A stretch of 31,926 bases of DNA from IMG/VR virus record IMGVR_UViG_3300025821_000003. One strand, 5' to 3'. Each line of letters starts with the position of its first letter. Positions within the stretch are counted from its first letter, which is position 1. The notes beneath the pieces are model-generated. The model ran no database searches. It worked only from the letters and a program-made list of their open reading frames with translations, and had not been told where the DNA came from. This DNA comes from a virus. Shown here in pieces: positions 23,350 through 31,926 of this stretch. The translations under genes and the position numbers were made by a program.

Positions 23350-23832
23350 ATGGAAATGTTATCAATAGCAGGATCGGTCTTCAGTGCAATGCAAGGGATG
23401 CAACAGGCAAAAAGCCAAAAGGCCATGTACAAACTACAGGCATTGCAGACACAAGCAGAAAGTGAACGCAAAGCATTACAGTATGAACAACGTGCAAATG
23501 ATACGTTACGTAACCTAAATAAAGCTATTGCTTCTAATCTATCTCGTGGCTATGCTGGCGGAGTAGTAGGCTTTGAAGGGTCAACAGCTTTAATCAATAC
23601 AGCCAGTGGAAGAGATGCTGGAAGAGACTTTATGTTTGATATTCAGAATGCAGAAAATGCATTACTAGCAGGAACAACACAAGCTGAAATTTACGGCATA
23701 GCTGGTAAAACTGCTTACACTAGCGGTATGTTTAGTGCAGCAGCTGGATTAGCTGAAGCTGGATACAAGTATAGTAAGATAGGATCAGCACCAGCACCAA
23801 CAAGTACAACCCCATCATTATTAATTAGTTAA
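23350..23832 (+). CDS. internal virion protein (gp13/14-like position)
   Basis: Gene order after the tail tube genes. Confidence 0.45.
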   Translation: MEMLSIAGSVFSAMQGMQQAKSQKAMYKLQALQTQAESERKALQYEQRANDTLRNLNKAIASNLSRGYAGGVVGFEGSTALINTASGRDAGRDFMFDIQNAENALLAGTTQAEIYGIAGKTAYTSGMFSAAAGLAEAGYKYSKIGSAPAPTSTTPSLLIS

Positions 23833-23843
23833 AGAATAATACT

Positions 23844-25547
23844 ATGGCACAAGACCCAAGATACAGAAGCAGAGGAGTAAGTTTAGAGAATACCAGACCT
23901 CTTGATTTTGCTTCAGTGCGTGAGAGCTTTCAGGCATCTCAGTCGCTGCAAAAGCGATTAGATCGAGTAACTGACATTGCTTTTTCTGAACTAAAGACTA
24001 AAGCTGAAAGAGAGGGAAAGATGTATGCAGTACAAAACCCTATTTCACTTCAGCAAATTCAAGATGCTATTGGCAGTGGGACACCTTTAGAAAGCTTAAT
24101 TCAAGACAGTGATACCGTATTTGGTGCATCAGCAGCAGCAGCACAAGCTACATTATTAAGACAGGATCTACTAAATGACTTTACCTTAAAGCTTCAAGAG
24201 TTAAACTCAGGTATTGATTCAAATATGGTTACTGATGTTGACTCAGTTATTGTTGACGTTAATGCGAACATAGATGGATACGCCAATGTATTGTCTCAGA
24301 TTGATCCTGAGTCATCTATTAACTTTAGAGCATCCGCTGCAACCATTGGAGCAGCTACTGTAAAGAAAGCATTAGATGCGGCAGAAGCAAGAAACATGGC
24401 AGAGAATGAAGTCAAGTCACAAAATCAACTTAACTTCTTTAAACAATATTGGGCTAGTACATTAAGAACTGACTCAGATGCCTTATCTAAACTTGCTTTC
24501 TTAAAGGAAAGGGAGGTTAATTCCTTTGCGGTATTTAGAAGGAATCCTAAGACATTTAGTGACAATGTAGCTAAGTTTAATGCAGAGGTAGACTCAGGTA
24601 TACAGAACGAATTAGCTAACCACCTTATTGAAAGCAAAACTATCTCTAAGTTCTATAACGGGGAAAGAGGTGAGTGGGGCATGATTCTAGCAGCAAGAGG
24701 ATTAGATACTCCAGATAATATACAGAAGATTATTAAAATAGCTACTGATAAGATTGACCAGCAAGGTACTCTCATGAAAGCTGAAAGAGATGCTCAATAC
24801 AATCTTAAACAAGAAACCTTTATTGACCTGTATGATAAATTTACCTCTCAAGTTTATAGCGGGGAAGAGTTTAAGAATGAACTTAAAGCTATTAATTATC
24901 CACTATCAGTTGAATTGCTTAAAGAGATTAACAACGAAAAAGCTTCTAGCTTAATACAGAATGAAAACTTTTCTGACTTATCACTGCAAGTACAGCTTGG
25001 CAAAATGGATTATGGATCAATTGATAATAAGGCTTACGCTGGTGATATTAGTTACTTTCAAGCAGCTGATCTTAAAAAACAATACTTGCAAGTTACTAAG
25101 ACATTGAAAGCAGGCAATGATATTATTAATAACAGACTCCGGATTGACGACTTGACTGTAATGAGAATGAATCAAGACAATCCACTAAGAACATTGATTG
25201 CTGATGCAAGATTTGAATTATCACTAGCTCAAAGTAGAGCTGTAGGCAATGGCGAAGAGTTCGACCAAAGAACAGCTGCGATAGAGATAGCAGAGAAGAC
25301 TGCTCAGAAATACAAAGAATTAGCTTTACCAAAACATATCTCTACTGTATCAAGACATCTTAAAAAAACTGACTATCAGTTTACTACTGGTGAAGCCTTT
25401 GCTGAACTTACTGACGCAGAGATTCTTTCACTTAAGTATAAAGGTAAGGACTTAGCTCCAAGAACCTATGAACGATTAATGAAGAATCGTAACACTCTAA
25501 AAGATATTTATGAAGGACAGATTGTAATGGAGATGCCAAATGAATGA
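23844..25547 (+). CDS. internal virion / ejection protein (gp15-like position), helical
   Basis: Gene order; 567 aa. Confidence 0.45.
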   Translation: MAQDPRYRSRGVSLENTRPLDFASVRESFQASQSLQKRLDRVTDIAFSELKTKAEREGKMYAVQNPISLQQIQDAIGSGTPLESLIQDSDTVFGASAAAAQATLLRQDLLNDFTLKLQELNSGIDSNMVTDVDSVIVDVNANIDGYANVLSQIDPESSINFRASAATIGAATVKKALDAAEARNMAENEVKSQNQLNFFKQYWASTLRTDSDALSKLAFLKEREVNSFAVFRRNPKTFSDNVAKFNAEVDSGIQNELANHLIESKTISKFYNGERGEWGMILAARGLDTPDNIQKIIKIATDKIDQQGTLMKAERDAQYNLKQETFIDLYDKFTSQVYSGEEFKNELKAINYPLSVELLKEINNEKASSLIQNENFSDLSLQVQLGKMDYGSIDNKAYAGDISYFQAADLKKQYLQVTKTLKAGNDIINNRLRIDDLTVMRMNQDNPLRTLIADARFELSLAQSRAVGNGEEFDQRTAAIEIAEKTAQKYKELALPKHISTVSRHLKKTDYQFTTGEAFAELTDAEILSLKYKGKDLAPRTYERLMKNRNTLKDIYEGQIVMEMPNE

Positions 25548-26025
25548 TGATATTGAACAGTTGTTTATAGACGATGCATACATTCGTAAAGGTATTATGG
25601 TTGATCCAATTGTTGTCTCTCCAAAAGAAGATCCATCCCTTATGGATACGTACGCTGCTGCTGTAACAGAGCCATTAGCTGATGTAACAAAAGCTACTCC
25701 AGATGCTTATAAGAAGATGGCTGGCGCTACAGCTAAAGGTGGTGTACAAGCTCTTGGAACACCAATGGATATTGTGGGCTTACTTGGTGGACTATTAAAC
25801 ATGGCTAGTCCTGACCCAGAAGGTAAAGGTAACCTGGCTCAATTTGAGGAAATATATGGGGCTATACCATTTACCTCAGAAGATATTAAAGGTATGTTGG
25901 AAGACGCTGGATGGAAGTATGAAGAAGGGCCAGAACAAGCAGCAGAACTTATTGGTGAAGTAGGACCGGTTACAGAGGTTGTAGCAAAGGGCGTTAAGAA
26001 AATCATTAAGAAAAAGGCTAAATAA
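25540..26025 (+). CDS. internal virion protein (161 aa)
   Basis: Gene order. Confidence 0.4.
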   Translation: MNDDIEQLFIDDAYIRKGIMVDPIVVSPKEDPSLMDTYAAAVTEPLADVTKATPDAYKKMAGATAKGGVQALGTPMDIVGLLGGLLNMASPDPEGKGNLAQFEEIYGAIPFTSEDIKGMLEDAGWKYEEGPEQAAELIGEVGPVTEVVAKGVKKIIKKKAK

Positions 26026-26027
26026 TT

Positions 26028-29000
26028 ATGTCTACACAAGAACAATCTATCAATCAAGACATAGACCAAATGGTTGGTATTGAGCAAGACTTAGAAGAAG
26101 TAACTAAAGAGATTACTCCATTAGCTACTGCCGAGGATGTATTACAAGAAGATGTTGCAGACGATATTCCTGAGGAAGTAGATCAAGACGTATTAGTACC
26201 AACAGGTCAACCAACATTTACTGACGAAGAACCAACCAAGGTTGCAGGCATAATTCCTAAAGTTATTAAAAAGGTTACGACTCAAAGCGAAGATTTCGCT
26301 GACTTAATGGCAAAGCGTAGCAAATTACCATCAAGTTCTGATGAATACTTAATTATCCCAAATGCTACTGACGATGAGGTAAATGCCGTATTAAAGAGCT
26401 ATGGAGATACGCCTGTTGACCCAGCAGCAGAAGGCGCTACCGTTGGAGCAAAAGCTACAATCTCACCTAGATTTAATGTTAATCAGATTGAAGACTCACA
26501 GGGCGTTAAAGACTTTATTAATGTCGTTGGTGATGTTTATCTTGGTGAAAAGAAAGTAATCTCTACTAAGCAAATAGCTGAGGAATTAAGCAGAGCTAGG
26601 TATACAGTATATAAAGACGGCAATTCATTTAAGCAATTTAAGACACAAGATGAAGCTTATGCCTATGTTAGAGAGCAAGGGGATAATGCAGTGAACTTTA
26701 CTGTAGAAGGCAAGGCTCCATACTCTAGTGACTATCTAGCTAGAATACTAGACCCTAACAACCCTACGATTGCAGATCCAACAGAAGCATACAAGATGTT
26801 GATGGCGCAATTAGATGTTACCAATAAAGCAGAGATATTAGCCAGACAGATTATTGACCAAGGTGTAAATGCAACAGATGCATTAAGACTTGAGTTTGAC
26901 CAGACATTAGCATTAGCTGGTGAAATATCTAAAGCAGTAGACAGAAGGACTGCTGACTATGGTAGAACATTGCGTATGTTTGGTGAATTAAGAAGCTCTG
27001 GAAACTTGAAAGAGATTGATAACTTCATTGCTGAGCATGGAGGAAGGTCTGGCACTGAAGAAAGAGCAAGACAATTCTTAGCATTACCCACAACTGAATC
27101 AAAAGCACGTACTGCAAGAGCGGCATTTGGTATGGGTGCTGTTAAGGATATTTGGCTTTCTACATGGATTAATGGATTATTATCTAGCCCAATAACTCAT
27201 GCTAAGAATATAGCAGGTAACGCTATGTTTGGCGCAATGCAACCAGTTGAGCGAGCTATGATGTCTATTGTTGGAAAGGTACGTAATGGTGTATTTGGTA
27301 GTGATGATGCGATTAGGATGAGCGCTGTAGTCGATCAAGCTCAAGGATACTTTGGCTCCATTGTAGATGCTGGAAGATTAGCTGGAAAAGCATTCGTCAA
27401 GAATCAAGGCATGGATGAAGCATCTAAAATGGAATTAGATAAGTTTGCAAGACGCAATGAGTTTGATGTTGACTTTGGAGATTCAACCATAGGAAAAGCA
27501 ACAAGTGATATGTTAAGGCTGTACGGAAAGTTTGTTACTTTGCCGGGCAGAACATTACTTGCTGAGGACGAGTTCTTTAAAGGAGTGGCTTATGTTGGAG
27601 AATTTAGATTCCTAACAAAACAAAAAGCTGAGGTATTTTATAGTGCAAGATTAAAGGAAGGTATTGACAAAGAGACTGCTAAGAAACTTACTTCAGATTA
27701 TTTAGCTGAGATAAGAACTAACCCAACAGATGACATCCTAACAGCTTCTACAGAAAGAGCTAAAGAGATGACGTTTACTAAAGAACTAACAGGCACTATG
27801 GCTGACATACAGCGTGGTATAAATAGCGGCAAGTTATCTCCAATACTTAAGATGTTCTTTCCCTTTGTTCGTACTCCAACAAATCTTGTTATCGAGGCTG
27901 GGAAGAGAAGTCCATTACAGTTGATTAACCCAGGGTTTTATAGAACGGTAGCTAAAGGTGGCGTGGAAGCAGATGCAGCTATAGCGAAGATGACATTAGG
28001 TACGACTATGATGGGAGGTGCTGCCTATTATGCTCTTCAAGGACAACTAACTGGCGCAGGTCCAACTAATAGACAGCTACGAAAAACATTAGAAGCAACC
28101 GGATGGCAACCATACTCTTATGTATACAACAAAAGTGATTTAAGCGAAGATCAGATTAAAGACTTCATGGACAAAACACCAGTATCTGTCGGAGAGGATA
28201 AGGTCTATGTCTCGTATCAAGGCTTGCAACCTATCTCCACATTAATCGGTGTATCAGCCACTATAGCTGAATACTTTACATACAACTCATATGCTAATAC
28301 CGCAGAACAAACTACAGCAGAAGAACTCGATAAAATAGTGCAAGCAGCAGGTTTGGGTGTTTATGACTTTGTTGGTCAGCTCCCTATGCTACAAGGATAT
28401 TCCGAGTTTACTGACATTCTTGCTGGCGACCCTATGAGTAGTGCTGCTAGTTTAAATAACATGTTAAATAAGTTAGGGAAGAAGGCTGCTGATGTTGCTA
28501 TTGGTGGATCTCCATTAGGCGTATATAGCAGTGGTATGGCTACAGTAGAAAGAATCATGTCTCCAGAACGATCTAATGTTATGAGGTCAGAGGGCAGTCC
28601 AGAGGGTGGGCCAATATCTGCATTAGGTGATGGATTCGATAGAGCATGGAATCAGTATACATCTAGGTCTCCATTTTATAATGATGAGCTTCCAGAGGCA
28701 TTAGATCCATTAACTGGTGATATAGTTACTATAGGAAAAGGCAATTGGGGAGAAGCATTTAATCCATTTAAAAACTCAGAAGGTAAAGTTGCTGAAGGAT
28801 ACCGAGCCTTAGTTAGTGCTGGTGTTCCAGTATATAGTCCTCCAAGGAAATTACACGGCTATCAACTATCAGCTGAGATGTATAACGAATGGATTGTTAT
28901 TGCTACTGCCGGTGGAGAGCTAGAGGATGCAGTAATTGATGCAGCAGATATGATGTATGAAGATGATGACCTAGGCAAAGTTCAAAGAACTCTACGCAGA

Positions 29001-29123
29001 ACGATGACCACAGGATACAAAGAGGCATTGATAGAATTGAAAGAGTTTTATCCTGACCTAGAGATGCATCTAGAAGATAAAGATTTAGAGAGTGCTGTTG
29101 AGGGAGTATACAGTTATTACTAG
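26028..29123 (+). CDS. large internal core / ejection protein (gp16-like position), 1031 aa
   Basis: Largest ORF, directly upstream of the tail fibre gene; no transglycosylase motif seen in it. Confidence 0.5.
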   Translation: MSTQEQSINQDIDQMVGIEQDLEEVTKEITPLATAEDVLQEDVADDIPEEVDQDVLVPTGQPTFTDEEPTKVAGIIPKVIKKVTTQSEDFADLMAKRSKLPSSSDEYLIIPNATDDEVNAVLKSYGDTPVDPAAEGATVGAKATISPRFNVNQIEDSQGVKDFINVVGDVYLGEKKVISTKQIAEELSRARYTVYKDGNSFKQFKTQDEAYAYVREQGDNAVNFTVEGKAPYSSDYLARILDPNNPTIADPTEAYKMLMAQLDVTNKAEILARQIIDQGVNATDALRLEFDQTLALAGEISKAVDRRTADYGRTLRMFGELRSSGNLKEIDNFIAEHGGRSGTEERARQFLALPTTESKARTARAAFGMGAVKDIWLSTWINGLLSSPITHAKNIAGNAMFGAMQPVERAMMSIVGKVRNGVFGSDDAIRMSAVVDQAQGYFGSIVDAGRLAGKAFVKNQGMDEASKMELDKFARRNEFDVDFGDSTIGKATSDMLRLYGKFVTLPGRTLLAEDEFFKGVAYVGEFRFLTKQKAEVFYSARLKEGIDKETAKKLTSDYLAEIRTNPTDDILTASTERAKEMTFTKELTGTMADIQRGINSGKLSPILKMFFPFVRTPTNLVIEAGKRSPLQLINPGFYRTVAKGGVEADAAIAKMTLGTTMMGGAAYYALQGQLTGAGPTNRQLRKTLEATGWQPYSYVYNKSDLSEDQIKDFMDKTPVSVGEDKVYVSYQGLQPISTLIGVSATIAEYFTYNSYANTAEQTTAEELDKIVQAAGLGVYDFVGQLPMLQGYSEFTDILAGDPMSSAASLNNMLNKLGKKAADVAIGGSPLGVYSSGMATVERIMSPERSNVMRSEGSPEGGPISALGDGFDRAWNQYTSRSPFYNDELPEALDPLTGDIVTIGKGNWGEAFNPFKNSEGKVAEGYRALVSAGVPVYSPPRKLHGYQLSAEMYNEWIVIATAGGELEDAVIDAADMMYEDDDLGKVQRTLRRTMTTGYKEALIELKEFYPDLEMHLEDKDLESAVEGVYSYY

Positions 29124-29166
29124 ATTAAAACCCCAAATTATGCTAGAATTTTAAAGAGGAAAACAT

Positions 29167-31053
29167 ATGGCAATTGATATATCAAACACAACTAGGCGCA
29201 TAGTCTATACAGGATCTGCTGGTACAGGTCCTTATGCTTTTGCGTTCGAGGTATTGTCTGAAACAGACATTGCCGTATACTTCAATGAGACTGAACTTAC
29301 ACTTACTACTGATTATACAGTATCTATTAGTGGTACTGGTACAGGTAGCGTAACTATTGTTGTTGGTGTGAATGTACCTACTACACCAGACGCTGATGAT
29401 CGTATTACTATTGTTGGCGATAGAGCCATTGAAAGATCAACAGACTTTACTACTGGTGGCCCTTTATTTGCTCAAGCATTAAACGATGAGTTTGATAGTC
29501 TAACCATCTTTACCCAACAAAACTTAGAACAATCTAACCGATCACTACGCGCACCTAACACTGATCCAACTACAGTCAATATGACATTGCCTATCAACAC
29601 TGTTCGGGCAAACAAAACCTTAGCGTTTGATGCTAACGGGGATCCAGTTATTGGTGAGATCATTGGTGATAACCGAGGTGACTGGGCAGCAGGAACAACC
29701 TATAACAAACGTGACTTAGTTAAAGATACCAGTAACAACAATGTTTACCTCTGTAATACAGCGCATACATCCTCTGGTTCACAACCTATATTCACCAATA
29801 CCGATGCAGCTAAATGGGATCTATTAGTTGATGCAGCTAGTGCAGCGGCAAGTGAAGCAGCGGCAGCAGCTAGTGCAGCGGCAGCATCTACATCAGAAAC
29901 TAACGCAGCTACATCAGAAACTAATGCAGCGACTTCTGCTAGTACAGCAACAACCAAAGCTAGTGAAGCTTCAACAAGTGCAAGTAACGCAGCAGCTTCT
30001 GAGTCTAGTGCTTCAAGTAGTGCAAGTTCAGCGAGTACATCTGAAAGTAACGCAGCCACTAGCGAAACCAATGCGGCAACATCAGAAACTAATGCAGCCA
30101 CTAGCGAAACCAATGCAGCATCAAGTGCATCATCCGCATCGACATCAGCTTCTACTGCAACAACACAAGCAGGCATAGCAACCACTCAGGCAAGCAATGC
30201 CAGTACCTCTGCTACTAACGCTGCTAGTTCAGCAAGTGCAGCATCATCCTCAGCTTCAGCCGCGTCTACTTCAGCTACTAATGCAGCGACTTCAGCAAGT
30301 GATGCACAAGCAATTAAGGATAGCATTGATGAGTTCTACCTTGGCGCACAAGCATCTGATCCAACCTTAGATAACAATGGTAATCCTGTTACTGCTGGTG
30401 ACTGGTACTTTAATACGACAGCAGATGAGACACGCATTTACAATGGATCAGCCTGGCAAGTAACCGCTATATCTTCAGCAGGTTTCTTAACCTCAGCAAA
30501 CAACTTATCTGACGTAGCTGACGCAGGAACCTCTAGGACTAACCTTGGATTAGCTATAGGCTCAGATGTACAGGCATACGATGCTACCATTGTTGTGGAT
30601 GCAGATATTGGTGTCACAGTACAAGCCTATGATGCAGATACTGCTAAATATGATGCTTCGACTGCTAACTTTACAGGAACACTTCAAAATGGTGGTTCTA
30701 ATGTTTTAGTAGATTCTGATATTGGAGCTACAGGTACAGTAGGTTATCCAAACATACCAGCAGTTGGTACAAAAACAACATCTTATTCATTAACTACCTC
30801 TGATGTAGGTAAATATGTTCAAGTAGGTTCAGGTGGTTCTATTACTATTCCTAATTCTACTTTTTCTGAAGGCGATGCAATCACAATATTTAACAACACA
30901 GCAGGTAATGTCACTATAACTTGTTCAATTACTACAGCATATATTGCTGGAACAAATACAAATGTAGCTTCAGTTACTTTGGAAACAAGAGGTCTAGCAA
31001 CCATATTATTTATTAGTGGTACTGTATGTGCTATATCAGGTAATCTGTCATGA
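29167..31053 (+). CDS. tail fibre protein, T7 gp17-like N-terminal domain plus an Ala/Ser/Thr repeat shaft
   Basis: The N-terminal ...RSTDFTTGGPLFAQALNDEFDSL...QQN pattern resembles the T7 tail-fibre N-domain; AAGAGGA SD. Confidence 0.75.
   Translation: MAIDISNTTRRIVYTGSAGTGPYAFAFEVLSETDIAVYFNETELTLTTDYTVSISGTGTGSVTIVVGVNVPTTPDADDRITIVGDRAIERSTDFTTGGPLFAQALNDEFDSLTIFTQQNLEQSNRSLRAPNTDPTTVNMTLPINTVRANKTLAFDANGDPVIGEIIGDNRGDWAAGTTYNKRDLVKDTSNNNVYLCNTAHTSSGSQPIFTNTDAAKWDLLVDAASAAASEAAAAASAAAASTSETNAATSETNAATSASTATTKASEASTSASNAAASESSASSSASSASTSESNAATSETNAATSETNAATSETNAASSASSASTSASTATTQAGIATTQASNASTSATNAASSASAASSSASAASTSATNAATSASDAQAIKDSIDEFYLGAQASDPTLDNNGNPVTAGDWYFNTTADETRIYNGSAWQVTAISSAGFLTSANNLSDVADAGTSRTNLGLAIGSDVQAYDATIVVDADIGVTVQAYDADTAKYDASTANFTGTLQNGGSNVLVDSDIGATGTVGYPNIPAVGTKTTSYSLTTSDVGKYVQVGSGGSITIPNSTFSEGDAITIFNNTAGNVTITCSITTAYIAGTNTNVASVTLETRGLATILFISGTVCAISGNLS
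29830..30300 (+). repeat. coding low-complexity region with 21-nt (heptad SETNAAT / SASxASx) tandem repeats
   Basis: For example acatcagaaactaacgcagct followed by acatcagaaactaatgcagcg at 29890..29931, with further units around 30043..30126. Confidence 0.8.
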
Positions 31054-31712
31054 GCGGGATACAGTTAATGTTTTTAGGTCAGGCTCAACAAGGTAACATA
31101 GCTACATCAACATTCATAAACACATATGCTATAGGTTCAGCCATATCAACTTACAATTTTACGACCGCAACTATTCCTGCTGGTCTAGTTGCTATTACTA
31201 TTAGTTCTGAAGATCCTTCTAATACTGCGATTTCTAGTGTAACAATAGGCGGAGTTTCTGCTACACGAGCTGCAGAATTTTCCCAAAACTTCAACGGAGG
31301 AACTGTCGGCGCAATTTGGTATGCGGTTATCGGATCATCTACAACATCAGTTAGTGTTAGTTTTGTAGTTGCTCAACTCCGTTGTGGAATAGGTGTATAT
31401 ACTATTGAAAACTATCTATCAGCAACACCAGTATATACTAATGCAGTTGGGGGAACTTCAATAACTACAAGTATAACTACTCCATCAATTAGTAGTGGCT
31501 CTTCTATAATTGCTGTTAGAACAACTGGAGATTTATATGCTCATACTTGGTCAGGAGTTACTGAAAATTATGATAATCGAATTGCTGGAGGATTGACAGG
31601 GCAAACAGGAGCTTCTTTAGATACATCAACAACACAGACCCATACAATACAATCAACTGTACTTTCTGCACCAGCTCAAGGAACAACTATGGCTGTTGCA
31701 GTATGGAGTTAA
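31050..31712 (+). CDS. second tail fibre / receptor-binding candidate (220 aa, Ser/Thr-rich beta protein)
   Basis: ATGA overlap with the tail fibre gene. Confidence 0.45.
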   Translation: MSGIQLMFLGQAQQGNIATSTFINTYAIGSAISTYNFTTATIPAGLVAITISSEDPSNTAISSVTIGGVSATRAAEFSQNFNGGTVGAIWYAVIGSSTTSVSVSFVVAQLRCGIGVYTIENYLSATPVYTNAVGGTSITTSITTPSISSGSSIIAVRTTGDLYAHTWSGVTENYDNRIAGGLTGQTGASLDTSTTQTHTIQSTVLSAPAQGTTMAVAVWS

Positions 31713-31739
31713 ATTGAACTCACAGAATTGGGAAGTTGA

Positions 31740-31907
31740 ATGACACCCCACGAAGAACTGTTAGCTCATGAGAAGCTGTGTGCCGAGAGGTATACTACAC
31801 TACATTATAGACTTGATCGCTTAGAGTCTATGATTAACAAACTCATCTGGGGTTGCATGACAGGCTTCGGTGCTATCGTGGTCGCAGTTGTGGTAAACAA
31901 TATATGA
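31740..31907 (+). CDS. 55-aa protein with a coiled N-terminus and a C-terminal TM segment; first gene of the lysis cassette
   Basis: MTPHEELLAHEKLCAERYTTLHYRLDRLESMINKLIWGCMTGFGAIVVAVVVNNI; GGGAAG SD; extends into the terminal repeat. Confidence 0.45.
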   Translation: MTPHEELLAHEKLCAERYTTLHYRLDRLESMINKLIWGCMTGFGAIVVAVVVNNI

Positions 31908-31926
31908 AAGAAACTACAGTCATTGT
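31882..31926. repeat. terminal direct repeat, copy 2 (identical to 1..45)
   Basis: See copy 1. Confidence 0.9.

Noticed and set aside
29745-30185. Long antisense ORF (146 aa), and the alternative-frame + ORF at 29828..30178, in the tail-fibre repeat
   Set aside because: Both are artefacts of the GCN/AGC-rich 21-nt repeat. Their low-complexity Ala/Leu/Val or Gln/Leu translations lie entirely inside a well-supported gene.
29830-30300. Possible CRISPR-like array because of regularly spaced repeats
   Set aside because: The repeats are contiguous 21-nt coding units with no spacers, inside an ORF. No CRISPR array exists in the window.

Overview
The window looks like a complete, circularly closed genome of a tailed podovirus-type phage. 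The first 45 nt (1..45) are identical to the last 45 nt (31882..31926), giving a unit length of about 31,881 bp, and ORFs read through the junction. All calls come from reading the sequence and recalling family motifs; no searches were run.

Layout:
- **Rightward block (+), about 25 kb, 8892 through the junction to 1984.** In order: orphan cytosine-5 DNA methyltransferase, RHH protein, RusA, a small protein with an SSB-like acidic tail, TerS, DUF3310, TerL and a run of small basic proteins. Then a soluble lytic transglycosylase, a T7-gp8-like portal, scaffold, major capsid, tail tubular A/B-like proteins, four internal virion proteins, a T7-gp17-like tail fibre with an Ala/Ser/Thr repeat, and a second fibre protein. 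The block ends with a translationally coupled lysis cassette (tiny membrane ORFs, 3TM holin, M15 endolysin) and a metallophosphoesterase.
- **Leftward early operon (-), 7474 down to 2084.** Several small acidic proteins, a visibly GC-richer small serine recombinase, a YqaJ-type exonuclease, Erf, and two small ORFs.
- **Between the two blocks.** A winged-HTH gene (7587..8192, +), an oppositely oriented DUF1289 Cys-rich gene, and long non-coding stretches.

No RNA polymerase, DNA polymerase, primase or helicase, and no tRNA or CRISPR array, was recognised.

Most interesting observations:
1. An orphan 23-aa PqqA-like precursor peptide gene sits antisense in a gap of the early operon.
2. A canonical A AAA AAG -1 slippery heptamer at the end of erf opens onto an 83-codon startless ORF.
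3. Near-identical 43-nt direct repeats bracket a two-gene cassette next to the serine recombinase.
4. Two promoters have their -10 hexamer exactly 6 nt from an ATG, which predicts leaderless mRNAs.
5. A small protein ends in an SSB-like DDLPF tip.
6. A family of small basic proteins shares an Arg-rich C-terminal motif.
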